A DNA stretch of 64,000 nucleotides, taken from the NCBI GenBank assembly GCA_964016885.1, contig OZ024743.1:247256001-247320000 (forward strand), written 5' to 3'. A program made the position numbers and the translations under genes. The notes under the pieces are model-generated. The model worked only from the letters and a program-made list of their open reading frames with translations. It did no database searches and was not told the origin of the DNA. Source of the stretch: Eledone cirrhosa. Its lineage: Eukaryota. This document shows positions 1 to 13,472 of this stretch, piece by piece; position 1 is the stretch's first letter; every line of letters begins with the position of its first letter.

Positions 1-549
1 CAGGTACATCACTGAATTAGTTCAATTAACTTATGATACCAAACTGCTTGAAACCATCCCTGATTCTATAATACAAAACTTTATATAAAAGTATTTATTT
101 ATCTAAAAACCTTCCATTGTAATTTTATGTTAAAACATTTAAGTTCCAAACACAGCTTAAAAATGAGCGTTACTTTACTAAAATCCCTCTAAATTCTCGA
201 TTATTTTCAAAATCGTTTGAATATTATAAGCAGTGTCTCTCATTAGAAATATTGTAGTAAAAGGGTTAAGAAGTATAACATTCACTGTATATTATATTTC
301 AAAATTCTTTTCTTTGTTTTCTTTCTGGAGTTAACAACACTAAAACGTACTCCACATTCCAGAACATTGGCAACATGAACTACTAAGTTAATGATTTCAA
401 GTGTATCAATATTATTCATTTATGTTTTGGCTAGAGCAAAGTAATTTTATTTCTTAAAGCTTTACATTTCCTATATTTTTAAAACACCCCTTCAAAAAAT
501 TCAATTTACTCCTCTCTATCTTTTACCTTTGAAAGAGAACATTAAAGTT

Positions 550-786
550 TTAACCCTTTTGATACCAAACCGCTTGGAACTAGTCCAGTTTATTTTTTTT
601 ATTTATATTTACCTAAAAACCTTCCATTCTAATTTCATGTAAGAACCTTTGTTTAGTTCCAAACAGCAGTTTAATAAGAGATTGTTAGTTGTATTACTAA
701 ATCCTTCCAAATTCTTCATTATTTTGAAAATGATTTGAAAATAGAGGCAGTATCTTTTATTAGAAATGTGGTAACAAAAGGGTTAA
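550..786. mobile_element. piggyBac-type MITE (representative of the most abundant family in the window)
   Basis: TTAA|cccttttgatacca...tggtaacaaaaggg|TTAA. Related copies at about 27-270, 17110-17340, 34195-34421, 36681-37150, 37627-37875, 40490-40920, 43210-43682, 46005-46255, 49824-50059 and 52415-52845. Confidence 0.85.
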
Positions 787-979
787 AGAAAACCATACAT
801 TTGATTATTCACTCTTGAGCAACATGTGTAATTTACTTATGTTTCTCAATTCTCAGTTAAAAATACTATCAGGACCCTTCATATAATTGATCATTATTAG
901 TAAGTAGTTCAGACTGTTCTCAACAAGACTAATGGGAGGATACATTAGTTCTGTTGAGAACATGACAACCCCTATAGTG

Positions 980-1222
980 TTGATGCCATGATAAAATGCA
1001 CCCAATACACTCTAAAGAAGTTGGTGTTAGGAAGGATACCTAGCTATAGAAACCATGCCACATTTGGAATGTATACAGAGTAAAGCATTTCTCTAGCTGA
1101 TTCAGGAATGCAGGAACTCTGAATAAAAACTTATCCAAACCCCAACGGCTCATCCAATGCATGACAGCATGGAAAGCAGTTGTAAAATAATAATGGTGAT
1201 GATGAAAATGAGTGATGATGAT
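980..1222 (+). mobile_element. Short non-autonomous element with RTE-type 3' tail (representative)
   Basis: aaatgcacccaatacactc...ttggtgttaggaagg...tagaaaccatgcc...catgacagcatggaaagcag...(gat)n. Relatives at about 2470-2676, 5985-6270 (-), 31365-31660 (-), 33895-34115, 39123-39370 (-), 41575-41688, 44525-44682 and 60780-60995. Confidence 0.75.
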
Positions 1223-2164
1223 GTTTAAATATTGTCTTATAATTTAAGTATTGGTTTTACAGTAGTCCATTGTTAGTATCTCATAAATACATAAAAGAAA
1301 ACCTTGAATTTCATAATCTGTATTGTTTCTCTGAGTTTTTTCCTAGATACAGACAGAATGAAGATTTGAATATTAATATTCTAGATTTCCTTTCTCTTAA
1401 TCTATGTCCTTTTAAAGACAAAATTCTAAATTTTCTTCTCTCACCTGCATTGTTTTCTGCTTCTATGGGCAGTTCTCATTTGTATGACAAACAGTTCAAT
1501 CTTCTCATCTTTAATTAGTTTAAACGTAATTATCTCAATTTACTTTTTGCAGCACTTTTCCTTTCTTCGTCATTATTGTTGAAATCAATATAAAACAATG
1601 CTTAACGTAATATCTTACTGTTCATATTTTACATCCATTTTACCATGCTGCTATGGATTGGACTAGGGTTGGAACTTATTCTGGTTTCATGTGGCATTAA
1701 GCAACAGAGTCTAAGCAAAGATACTGCTGGTATTCATATTCAGCTGATTGGACTGAAGTAATGTAAAATAAAGTGCCTTGCTCAAGGACAAAATATACTG
1801 CCCAGTTTAGTGATCAATCTTACAATTGAGGTCAACACCCTAACCACTAGACAATGCTAAAAGGGATGAAACAAACTTTACAAAAGTAGAAAATAAAGTT
1901 CTGGCCTAGGTTAAATTATTTATACAGTGAGGGTGAAAATTTGATAGAAATATATTTAGAAAAAAGATATTGTATTGATTTCAAAATATTTTATTGATTT
2001 GACAAAAAGAAATAATAAAACCAAACTTTTAGACAACAAATTTGTTTCTAAGAAAATTTTCAATATTTCTCAATACAAAATCAGTTAGATTTTTTTAGAA
2101 ATCAATATCTATCTGTTTATAGAAGATAGCTCTTAATTTACTAAGTAAAATAATTTTAAATACA

Positions 2165-2430
2165 CAGCAGTAAGGGTATTGGACTTATAATCATAATGTC
2201 ATGGGTTTGATTCCTAGACTGGGTTGTGTCTTATCTTATTGCGCAAAACACTTCATTTCACATTGTTCCAGTATACTCAGCTGAAAATGAGTACCTGCAA
2301 CAGCTGGGGGTTTAACTCTGTGATGAACTGGCGTCCTATCCAAGGGAAAGTCTTGAACCTTTAGTTGCTTCACACCACAGAAACTGAGATAAGCACCAGC
2401 CTGATGAGCCTCAGGGCTCGAAGCAGACTT
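2165..2430 (+). mobile_element. tRNA-derived SINE with CORE-like and V-domain-like body
   Basis: B box ggtttgattcc, gcaaaacacttcatttcacattg, ctctgtgatgaactggcgtcctatccaaggg, tail gaaactgagataagcaccagcctgatgagcc...gcagactt. Partial minus-strand relatives at about 1690-1855, 14075-14260, 30670-30825, 42050-42280 and 44095-44295. Domain naming is from memory. Confidence 0.65.
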
Positions 2431-4724
2431 CAGGCTTTTTTTAGATTGGACACAACTACCCCCTTAGTGCATGTGGCACAATAAAATGCACTCAATACAC
2501 TCTGAAAGTGGTTGGCATTAAAAAGGACATCCTATTAAAGAAACCATACCAAAAAAAAGAAACATATTTGAAGGGAGCAGCTCAAATAAAGCACAGACTT
2601 GATCTGTAATGATCCATTCAACCCATAGCAGCAGAGAAAAGCAGATGTAAAATGGCAATGGTGATAATGATGATGAATTCAGAAACTATTGATTCCAGCT
2701 ACATCTTAAATGACATTTACTCAGCATTTAAACCCTTTTTCTTTTCTATACTGCAAACTACACTGCATTCTAAAAAGCAATTTGAAGAACATTACTAAGA
2801 AAACTGAATGCTTAATAAAGATAGCTACAAAATTATTTAAGAGAAAACTCAATACAATCTTCTAGAATTATAATTGTTAAATCAATATGTGAGATCATGT
2901 ATAATGCAGTCAAACTCATCAACTAATCATGTAAAATTGAACATATTACATTGATATTCTTTTGTTGATTTATGTTAAAACCCATTCCTGAATGGATTTC
3001 TTTTTCAACAGATTGGAACTAATTTGGGTGACCTTTATCAATTGAGTTAAGAAAAGATAAAATATTTTGGCACAAGCATGACGCCAGAGATCTATAAGGG
3101 CAGAAAAATCAGAAGTAGTGATGTTTACCAAAGCCCTTTCCAATATAACAGGCATTTTAATGTCATCTACCCTGCTAAAGAAGGAAGGGGCTAATCTTGT
3201 GAGCTCCACAATAGGCTTAATACTCAAAAGATTTAAAGCTGAATACCTTTCCTGATGCCAACCTGTTTAGACACCTCTTAGATCATGCAAGTATCCCTTA
3301 CCAATAAAAATGATTCCAAAAGTAATCAATACCAGCTAGTAGACTGTTCACCAAAGACTTAGCACTGCACTATACAGCATACATAATATTGATTGATCTT
3401 TCCTATATTAATTTCTGTTGCTTTCTGTTGACTAAGTACAATACTAATTTTTGAGGAAATAAGTAAAGTTGATTTGATTGACATAGTTCTGGTACTAATT
3501 TTATCAATCCTGAAGTGAAAAACAAAATCAACCATGTATACCAAACTAGTCAGATAATACAGAACTAGACTGGATGCTTTAGTCTATCTACACTGCCCTG
3601 ACAAGATACAAAATATTAAAAACTCCTGGTTCATTTTAAATTTCTATATCAATAGCAACTACAAATGTCTTCCCTTCTAACTAAAAATAATTGCACAAAC
3701 TTGTCTTTATTGTTACTACCTCCACCCCACAATCTTATGATATAGCTGGACTAAATGTATATGTTTGATTGTTCTGACTCATAAACATAGGTAGCATTTA
3801 TTGGAGAACCTTATATTACATAAAGCAGTTTTGATCAGCTTTTCTTTATGTTCCTCACATTTCAATTGTTTAAATCTTCCGAGATTATCATTAATTACTA
3901 ATGTTACTTCCCCAAATTCTTCATACTAGTTCCCCTCATAATGCCTCTACCAATTTTAGGTATGAATATATTTCACTAAAAAAAAAAAAAAGACAACTAA
4001 TAACTGAATTATATAATTATTAAATTAAAACATTCAAATAATTTTGTTAAAATACTTGGTGCCATGAACATGTGAAATTAAACTAAATATAAATTATTAT
4101 AAACATCAATCTTCCCAAGAAGAAAAGCTGATCAAAACTGCTTTAAAAAGTAACCTTATCTCTAAATGGTCAGGCTATCAAATATTTTCAAATTATGCTC
4201 ACATAGATTATAATTATTTCCATTTTAGATATCAAGTTACAAATTTCCTCATTAGTGGAAAACTATTTAGATTGTCATCAGCTGCTACTGGGCAGCGAAT
4301 TAACAGTCATTAAGGTGTCACATTTAAAATGCATTAATATTTGTTCCACTTGCTGCACTCTGAATTTATATCCTGCTGGGGTCAACTTTGTCTTTCATCC
4401 TTTTGAGATTGACAACGTTCTGACCTGCAGAAGACATTGCCATGTTAAATGTATATATTTCATTATATGCAAGACAGTTAAAATGTAAATCTTTCTATTG
4501 TCAACTTTGATACTATGCCTTTTTTAGCTGTATATAGAACCAATAGAGAAATTTTGTTTGCAAAGTGTTAGCATCACTGATACCATTGAATTGGCAGTGC
4601 TATTCCAGCTGCCCATTAGTAATTCTTCTAGCTAACAGCACAGAGTTCAAATGCAACTTAGGTCAACTTAGCCATTCATCATTTCAGGATCAATAAATAA
4701 GTACCATCTTTTCACTAGATGGCA

Positions 4725-4950
4725 TTTAGTGAAAAGACAGACATTTTCTCGGTATGGTCACATATCCCACAACTACCTATCTCGAACCATTCTTCAAAGC
4801 ACAGTAGAGGCAAACAAAGAAAATTCTGATCTGACAATATCAAAGACTAGCCAAGTCAGAACACTGCATCCCTTCTATGCATGATGGAGAATAGAGACCA
4901 GTGACATGCCAGCATCTAGCTACACCAGTTACAGAAACTTGATGATGAAG
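4725..4950 (+). mobile_element. Old RTE (BovB-like) 3' fragment
   Basis: Reads VKRQTFSRYGHISHNYLSRTILQSTVE...DNIKD across a frameshift, resembling KRKLRWYGH...KTILQGTVEG...DNIK; ends in gatgatga. Confidence 0.6.
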
Positions 4951-7129
4951 TAAAGTACCAAGAGTTTTAGAAGCCTTATAGTATTCCATTTGGCTCTGTG
5001 TATTCTAAGTTTAACCTTTTAACATTTAAACCAGCCATACCCGGCCAGAATTCTCTTTGTTCAAACCGGCTATAACTGGTCACTCATATTGATGTTAAGG
5101 TATTGTTCTCAAAATAAATAACATCAAAATCTCATAGATTTGATATTATGTGAGATAAAGCCTTTGCCACAAAAATACAATAGTATATATAGAGTAATGT
5201 AAATGTTAAAGGGTTTCTGTCACCAGAAAGATGATGAATTGATAGGACTGAGATTCCTATCAATAAAATACCAAAGAAATCTTATGAGATGCTATCTTCA
5301 TAAGAGGCCAGCTAAACCTACACATGTATAAACCATAACAGTAACATCACTAATAGTTCTCTTGACATACATACTTATACAGATCTAATTTAATGGTTGC
5401 CATCAATTATGGATTGGTCAAATGTATGAAGTAGATTCAGTGACATTTACAATTACAGGAATTAAAGGAGAGATTATCAAACTTACAAGTTAACTCCAAT
5501 AGAGATGGTAAAACAAAATAAGTTTTTTGAAAGTAATAAGCAATAAAACTAACATTTATTACCAAAGTAATACAATATTTCAAGATGAAATATTAATACT
5601 TCAAACCTCCTGACCTGGTATTCTATACCCAACAATGTTTGACTGTATCCCACCAGCCCAGTATCCCATTTCGCCACACACTTCTGTTTACTTATGTTAT
5701 TTGCATTGCTTTCTACATGAATCGGCAATTGGTTTAGGTCATTGCTCTAACCCTCTAACCAGAGTTCTTCAGGAAGGCATTACTATGATTCAGGTTTAAT
5801 GAATTCCATTTCTTTTTTTACAAGAATTTTTGTACAGACACCTATGACTAGAACCCACAACACACATCGAAGGGGTTTGTGATTTAAAGGGTCAATAAGA
5901 GTTTGTGATAATTAAATATGTTTTGCTACAGTCAATGTGATACGAGATATAACGCAACTATCTTAGACATCTGCCTTTTATCGCCATCATCACCACTGTT
6001 TAATGCTATTTTCTATGCTTGCGTGAGTTAGAGATTGTCACATTCTGCAGCTAGACAGGCAAGATGACCACATCTTGCTCAAATGTTCTGTTTTGGGCTT
6101 GGTTTCTATATCTAGATGTCCATAATGCCAACCATGTTACAGTATGTACTAGGTGCATATTTCATGGCACCAGCTCTGTCACCTTACTGGGTGCTTTTTG
6201 ATGTAGCACCAGTACTACTTTACCGAGTGAACTAGACACATTTTATTATGACACTAGCACTACCTCATTATGATATTAGCATGCTTGTTGTGCCCTTGAC
6301 CTGGCTGAGGAGTCAGTAATGAGAGAATTGGCTACATGTTGCTTGCTAAAGGAAGGATTCATTCCACAGTGACAAGCAAGTTGTGTCATGTGGGTGGCCT
6401 TGAAGAGAGTGAGTTTCACATGACAATATACTGTAAGGCATGTTCAGCTTTCCATGCACGGATGGGCTGTACAAGAAAGGTGAATCAAGAATGTGTGAGA
6501 ATGTGCACATCATCATCACTGTTTAATGTCTATTTTCCAGCTTGTACAGGTTAGACAAATCATGTTCTGTGGATAGACAGGTTAGGTGATTGCCTCTAGC
6601 TCATACTATGAACTGGGTACTTTTTTTGTTTTTCATTTGTTATGGTGGAGCATATCCAGCTTTCTATGCTGACATGGATTGGATAAGGAAGAGAGGTGCG
6701 CGTGCGTGCATGTGTGTGTGCATTTATGTATTTTCTTTGCAAAATTCTTTGGCAATATGACCATCCCTAAATATAACAATCTATATGTATACTTTAATAT
6801 ATTGTGTGCATGTGATAGTACACATACACACATATATATATATATATATATATATTTATGTATATGTATAATACATAGAAAATAAAATCGCTCTCTCTCT
6901 CTCTCTCTCAGCCTGCCTATTACTTTTCTCCTTAATGACTGACTGCAATTACTGTTTTAAAGTTTCTCATATAGTTCTTGTCTATTCCCATATATATATC
7001 TTAAACCCTCTTCCCCTGCCTTACATATTAAACCAAAGTTCTTTTTAGTCTTTATCAAAGAAGGATGTGTCTACTGAACAGCTACTCTGAAATAACACCT
7101 TATGAGAGACACAAGAACAATGTCTAGTG

Positions 7130-10100
7130 TTCGTGGAAGCATGACCCACTACATTATAATGGTTCCCTTATAGGGAAAACATCTAACATTCAAATGCCCA
7201 AAACTCTGAGTTGGTACCATCAATGTAAGCACAATGAAAGGAAGAGCAGGAGAAATCATAGAGATGCTAGAGCGAAAGGAAATTGATGTATGCTGTGTGC
7301 AAGAGACTAGATGGAGAGGAGAGTCTGCTAGAGTCCTTGTAGGAAAAAGTCAGTGCTACAAATTGGGCGGTGTAGGTATCCTACTAGCTGACAAGTGGGT
7401 AGATAAAGTAATCTCAGTGAACAGGGTGAATGCAAGAATCATTAAACTCAGACTAGTCCTGAATAAAACAATTACCACAATAATATCAGCTTACGCACCC
7501 CAATCGGGGTTGCCAGACGAACTTAAGGATAGGTTTTTACGAGTCCCTAATGCACACTACTGCTCTAACAAACGACAATGATTTCCTAATCATTGCAGGA
7601 GATTTTAATGGACATGTAGGTAACATGTAGGTAAACCCGACAACCAGCTTATCACCTATAGATCAGCGGAGTATTCTAGTCAGATAGATTTTATCCTCAT
7701 CAGAGGACGTGACAGATGGACGGTCGTAAACACAAAAGCCTTCCCTAGTGAGGAATTTACCTCCCAACATAGCTTAGTTGTCAGCGACCTCACGGTCAGA
7801 ACTAGACGAACCTGGAAACAGAAGCCAACCTGGAGAAGAAAGATCTGGAAGCTAAAAGACCCCTCAGCCAGTAACAGATTTAAAGATATTTTACTCAGTA
7901 AAGAACAGATAGAGATATTCAATGTAGAAGAGCACTGGGAGTTCCTAAAAAATAACTTACTAGAGGCGACGGATGAGATCTGTGGCTGGAGTAAGACCAC
8001 AGGCAGGAGGAGAGTGATTTGGTGGTGGAACAATAAGGTAGATGAGGCAGTTAAGGCCAAGAGACAGGCATGGAAAGAATGGAAGAACGGGGGAAGCAGG
8101 GTACATTACATAGAAACCAGGAGAGAAGCTAGGCAATAAGTATACTTAGCTAGGAGGGAAGCAGAGGATAGAAAATTCAAGCATGTTTTGCAATGTGAGG
8201 ACCAGAAACAAGAGGTGTTCAAGATTGCGAGGCAGTGTGTCAGAGAGAATTGTGATGTCATTGGAGAGAAGTGAATCCGGAATGATAAAGGTGAGCTTGC
8301 CCTCATAAATGCTGAGAAGAAAGATGCATGGAAGAGCCATTATGATAGATTACTAAATGAGGAGAATGCATGGGAAGAAGAGTCCCTACCCCAAGTAGAC
8401 ACTATAGAGGGGCCGGCAGTACAAGTCAGCACCAGCGTAGTAAGTAAGGCAATCAAAATATGAAGACGGGGAAGGCAACTGGTCCATCGGGTATAGCTGC
8501 CGAGATGCTGAAGGCATCTGGGTCGGTAGGTCACACCATAACCACGAGTATTGTTAACCAGGTAATATTAGGTGTCATTGCCAACTGCTACAAAGGTAAA
8601 GGTGATGCACTAGATAGAGGAAACTATAGAGGTATAAAGTTGATGGACCAGGTCATGAAAGTAACAGAAAGAGTTATAGCACAGTTGATTAGGGACTGGG
8701 TGAAACTAGATGAGATGCAATTTGGGTTTGTGCCAGGAAGAGGCACCACTCATGCCCTCTTCCTTGTGAGGCAGCTACAGGAAAAGTACCTAGCTAAAAG
8801 TAAGCCACTCTACCTGGCATTCGTCAATCTCGAGAAAGCCTTTGACAGAGTTCCCCGTGCTATAATCTGGTGGGCTCTTAGAAAACTAGGAGTAGATGAA
8901 TGGCTTGTGAAAGCTGTACAAGCCATGTATAGGGGATCAGTCAGCAAAGTTAGGATTAGCAATGAGTATAGCGAGGAATTTAGCGTACAGGTCGGTGTCC
9001 ACCAGGGCTCTGTTCTTAACCCTCTCCTGTTCATCATAGTCCTGCAGGCAATAACAGAGGAGTTTAAGACCGGATGCCCATGGGAACTCCTGTATGCAGA
9101 TGACCTCGCACTTATAGCTGAATCTATGGTAGAACTAGAGAAGAAATTCCAAACTTGGAAGCAGGGACTAGAAAGAAAGGGTCTCAAAGTCAACCTGACA
9201 AAGACTAAGGTCCTTGTAAGTAGACGAGAAAACAGAACTCAGATCCCCTCAGGGAAATGGCCTTGCTCAGTATGTAGGAAAGGTGTAGGTAGGAACTCCA
9301 TTCTCTTCCCCAAATGCAAACAATAGGTACACAAGAGATGTAGCGGGATCTCAGGAAGCTTAACTAAGAATGTAGGCTTCATATGTAGCAGCTGCGCTGG
9401 GACAGCAAGCAGCAAACAGCCACAAGAAACAAGCACCACCAAACTCTGGGAAGACTCTGTAGAAACAGTAGACCGCTGCTAATTCGGTCACCTAGGTAGC
9501 AGAAGCTGAGGTGGGTGTTCAGAAAGTACAATAACTAGGGTAAGAACGGGATGGAAGAAGTTCAGGAAGCTACTGCCACTGCTAGCTGCAAAAGGCTTTT
9601 CCCTCAAAATGAAAGACAGACTGTATGATGCGTGTATATGAACAGCAATGTTACATGGTAGTGAGACCTGGGCGCTGACTGTGGAAGAGTTGCGCAGATT
9701 AGAAAGAAACGAAGCCTGCATGCTCCGATGGATGTGTAATAGTAATATACGCGAACGGCAAAGCATAAATGAATTGAGAGAGAGACTGAGCATAAGAGGA
9801 ATCAAATGCTGTGTGCAGGAGAGGCGGTTGTGTTGGTATGGACATGTGATGCGTATGAAGGATGACAGCTGCATAAAAAGGTGCAGAGCACTAGAAGTCA
9901 ATGGAAACCGCGGAGTGGGGAGACCCAAGAAGACCTGGGATGGGGTGATAAAAGCCGACCTTATCCAATTACACCTCTTAAAGGCGATGACACACGACCG
10001 TAACCTCTGGCGTCACGCAGTAATACAGAATACCCAACCCCCCCCCCACGAGTAGAAACCGAAGCTGAAGCATATAGACAATATGCCCCCCCACACCCTC

Positions 10101-10368
10101 CCACTGCAAGGTGGTCGTGGAGGTGCCACGGTGAAAAAGCACCCAGCCCACACTGTAAAGTGGACGTGTAGGCGCCACGGAAAAAAAGCACCCAGCCCTC
10201 ACTGTAAATGAGGTTGGTGTTAGGAAGGGCATCCAACTGTAGAAATCAAGCCAGAATCAGTTCCCGTATGAGCAAGACAAGGTCAGCCAACCGGACACTG
10301 CCCACAACAGGACAACCCGTCTAACCCATGCTAGCGTGGAAGAACGGATGTAAAACGGTGATGATGAT
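7130..10368 (+). mobile_element. Near full-length, disrupted RTE-clade LINE (AP endonuclease, RT, PHD-like finger, 3' UTR, (GAT)n tail)
   Basis: APE motifs (VCCVQETRW, ISAYAPQ, AGDFNGHVG), RT motifs (NYRGIKL, QFGF, LEKAFDRV, GVHQGS, LLYADD) and C-terminal WYGHVMR...GRPKKTW. Several stops, frameshifts and deletions. The 5' boundary is approximate. Confidence 0.95.
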
Positions 10369-10369
10369 C

Positions 10370-11085
10370 TAACAATACATTCCTGCTGCCTGAATACTGG
10401 TCGCTTCGCCCACCATATGAACTAAACTTGATCATTAAGTGTGCCTTAGCTCGGGTAAATATCCCCTCAGATCTGGAGCTGGCTGGATTAGCCAGAAGTG
10501 ATGGGAAGAGACCAGACAGCCTTACCCTTTTGTCCCTTGGTAAGAGGTAGGTGTCTCCAGGACGCCACAGACAGTGACTCTTTTGCTTCCCTCCCACATC
10601 ATGGATGTCGCAGTAAAAGTGAGGGTCACTGCTTCCATTGCCGAATGGAATAAAATCCAAAAATACCAGCAACTATCAAACAATTATTTCTTCCAGCCTC
10701 TGGCGTTTGAGATGTTTGGTGAAACTGGATCGCTGATAGCAAAGTTCTTATCGTCGGCAGCTCACCTTACCGAGCTGTCAGGTGATGCCCATGAGGTGCC
10801 TGATCGTTTCAGTGCCTTAGCCATGCCATCACCCATGGCAATGCTGTGAGCGTGTAGGCTTGCCTAAAAAATTTCCGATGACCCATGTGATGTGTGGCCG
10901 ATTGTCACACTTGGTGGTGAATTGATGGTCGTTTTTGTTTACCTTTTTTTTTTTTCTCTCTAGCTTTGATTGTATATTTTGGTGTGTTGTATTTGTAAGG
11001 TTAACTGTATTTTATGTGTTTATATTTTCATTCTGAAAGAATTGTGAACAATTTGTAATGTTATTTATACAACTGTGAATAAAAT
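10370..11085 (+). mobile_element. 3' fragment of a CRE-clade non-LTR retrotransposon (restriction-like endonuclease domain plus 3' UTR)
   Basis: Across frameshifts it reads LNLIIKCALARVNIPSDLELAGLARSDGKRPDSLTL...DAT...NKIQKYQQLSNNYFFQPLAFEMFG...SGDAHE...LSHAITHGNA, the RPD / D / K..KY / P.A.E..G / GNA signature of the CRE RLE. T-rich UTR ends near aataaa at about 11080. Confidence 0.8.
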
Positions 11086-11235
11086 TATTCCTATATACTT
11101 CAAAATTGTTTGAAAATTATAAGCAATATCTTTTATTGTAAATATAGTAATGAAAGGGAAGAACTAATAATAATATTTAATTATAATGCAATATATAATG
11201 TCGGTTGGAACACATAATAGAGTAACACACACACA

Positions 11236-11628
11236 CATCATCATCATCATTTTACGTCCACTTTTCCCTGCTTGCAAGGGTAGGACGGGTCCTATTCAGC
11301 AAGCATCTTTCCACTTGTCACGGTCCTTCATCATCTCCTCCGTGAGCTTCAGCAATCTGAGGTCTGCTCTCACCACCTCCGCCCATGTTTTTTGTGGTCT
11401 TCCACTACTGTGTCTTCCTTCTACTGGGATTTCTTGGCACTTCATTACCCAGCGGTCATACGCATCACATGTCTATACCATCGCAGTCTTCTCTCCCACA
11501 CACTACAACTTATTCCTCTTATACAGTTTCTCTCTCAACTCATCTATGCCTGGTCGTTCACGCACATTGACATTGCACATCCAAATACTTGCTTCATTTC
11601 TCTCCAGCCATCGCATATCCTCCACAGT
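11236..11628 (-). mobile_element. RTE 3' fragment
   Basis: (CAT)n tail plus reverse-complement homology to 48900-49318. Confidence 0.9.
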
Positions 11629-13254
11629 TATAAATATTTTATTCAATTTAAGGAAGTTAGTTGATTAAAAATCTGCCGACTTATTCTTAAACAGACATGA
11701 AGCACTGCACGGCTTTTGTTCGATGGGATTTTCCCTGTAAGATAACATCTGGAGTTTTAGTATAATAAATAAGAGAGACTGTTTTATTTGTACATCTTTA
11801 TTTTATTCATTATAAACGAATAAAATAAAAATGTAGGAATAAAACCGTCTCATTTATTACACACACACACACACAATTTTAAAATAATAATGAATATACT
11901 CATATTAGTTAATGAAGAACTTAATTTAATAAATGGAGCTGTATCAGAAATATGGATAGGCCTAGTATATATTTTAAAAAATAATATACAGCAAAAACAA
12001 TGTATTTCAAGATATAATGGAAAAATGTTCAATAGCTAAGTTTCTTTTCATACAAAATTATTTTTTGGAATAAAATAAAACTGTCTTTGGAGCAGCTGTT
12101 TTGAGGGCTAAAAGATTTGAATCCTGGGGTCAGGTTAGTATATATATTTTCTAGTTTGGTGGACAGTAAAAATAAAGTGTCCTGTTCAATAAAAATAATA
12201 TTTAATTTCATAAAAATAAAGAAAGCAGTCTATAAATGAATAAGTTATAATGGCATATAAAGTTAGATTAACAGATAAACTGAAAGGAAAAAGTTCAATG
12301 TTTTGATTTTAAGAATCTTTTGACAGTATTAATGAAAAGTGAAAAATTGTGTTAAAACTGGAAAGAAAAGATAAATTTTCTGCACTTATATAAATTTACA
12401 GATAAAGAAAAGACTTACAACTTCAACAGACCTATCTATCTGAAAAGATGTTCCATGTTTAAATAAAAGAAAATGTTAATTATATATATTGTATAAAGAA
12501 TGAAATATACTAAATCAAAATTTACATAAACATTTACAGCTGGTAAAATCTGAAAAGAAAAAGAAATCACTTTTTAAAAAATGTACAGCTTAGTTATAAA
12601 AGGTCAAAACCAGTGCAACATCCGCAGCGAATACGAACTAAGAAATAAATTGAAGTTATATGATATAATATAATATGAAATTTATTTTTAGATCCTTAAC
12701 ACCCATTTGATTTTATGACAGTACATTTTGGGTGTCAGCAAAATTGATCAATAATTGGATAATTATCTCCATGATTTCAGTATGATACAATGCTGTGGTA
12801 AGTTTTATAAACTATAATAAATATAATGTGAAAAAGCCATAAAATGCCAAGGTTCTTTCCTTTGGGTTAATCAATGTCAAAATTTGATCTAAGTCATATA
12901 GCTGGCATCCAACAACATCTTGCATGGTAAGTATCAAGTCTTTTATCATTGCAACAGATATACATCAAGCAAATGTATTAAATGGCCATGCAAAACACGC
13001 ATAACACATATTTGACAATACTAGAAAGGCAACTGAAAGAAATTTAAAAGACATCAGGTCATAAGCCTAGACATTTCATGTTTCTAAATAAAACAGATTT
13101 CAACATTTAATCCTAAATAAAAGATTGCAACAAAATATATCCTTTCACTCTTAAAGAAATTAACAGAGGAGAAAAGATTAAAAGTAACAATGTCGAACTA
13201 CAGTGAAGAGACTAAGTAAAAAATGACGTGAGAAAAAATAAATGAGGTGCATAC

Positions 13255-13472
13255 TTCCAAAAAATGGCACCGTTTCCGCTTCAGATTTTGCTACTACTGT
13301 TGTTAAGTCTAGATATACTACAGGCAAGGCATCGAAGTAAGAGGAATGTGGAGCAAGAGCAATAATTGGAGCCTGTTCAGTGCGAGCCCTTGTCCCTTTC
13401 ACAGAAATCCAATGAAATCCTCCGGCAAAAAATACTGCCCGACATAGGAACACAATCAGAGGTCGCAGGACA
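13255..13472 (-). CDS. LPCAT: Next coding exon of the LPCAT-like gene, containing acyltransferase motif I (HxxxxD)
   Basis: Minus strand reads ttttttag|TGTCCTGCGA...TTTTTTGGAA|gtatgc. 218 nt, phase 2 to phase 1. Translation (N)VLRPLIVFLCRAVFFAGGFHWISVKGTRARTEQAPIIALAPHSSYFDALPVVYLDLTTVVAKSEAETVPFFG; APHSSYFD is the LPCAT catalytic motif. Paralogue (LPCAT1 vs 2) cannot be assigned. Confidence 0.95.

Noticed and set aside
2395-2430. ctgatgagcctcagggctcgaag as a hammerhead core
   Set aside because: No GAAA in register and no stem III/NUH site; it is the terminal hairpin of a SINE tail.
2970-3227. 85-aa minus ORF as a possible next LPCAT exon
   Set aside because: It lacks the expected PV.V.R.D..SR...WPQ motif and convincing splice sites. 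The next exon was not found in 1-13254.
7680-9928. Minus-strand ORFs overlapping the RTE (and equivalents at 24.7-26.4, 47.5-49.4 and 56.8-57.6 kb)
   Set aside because: Antisense shadows of the LINE ORF.
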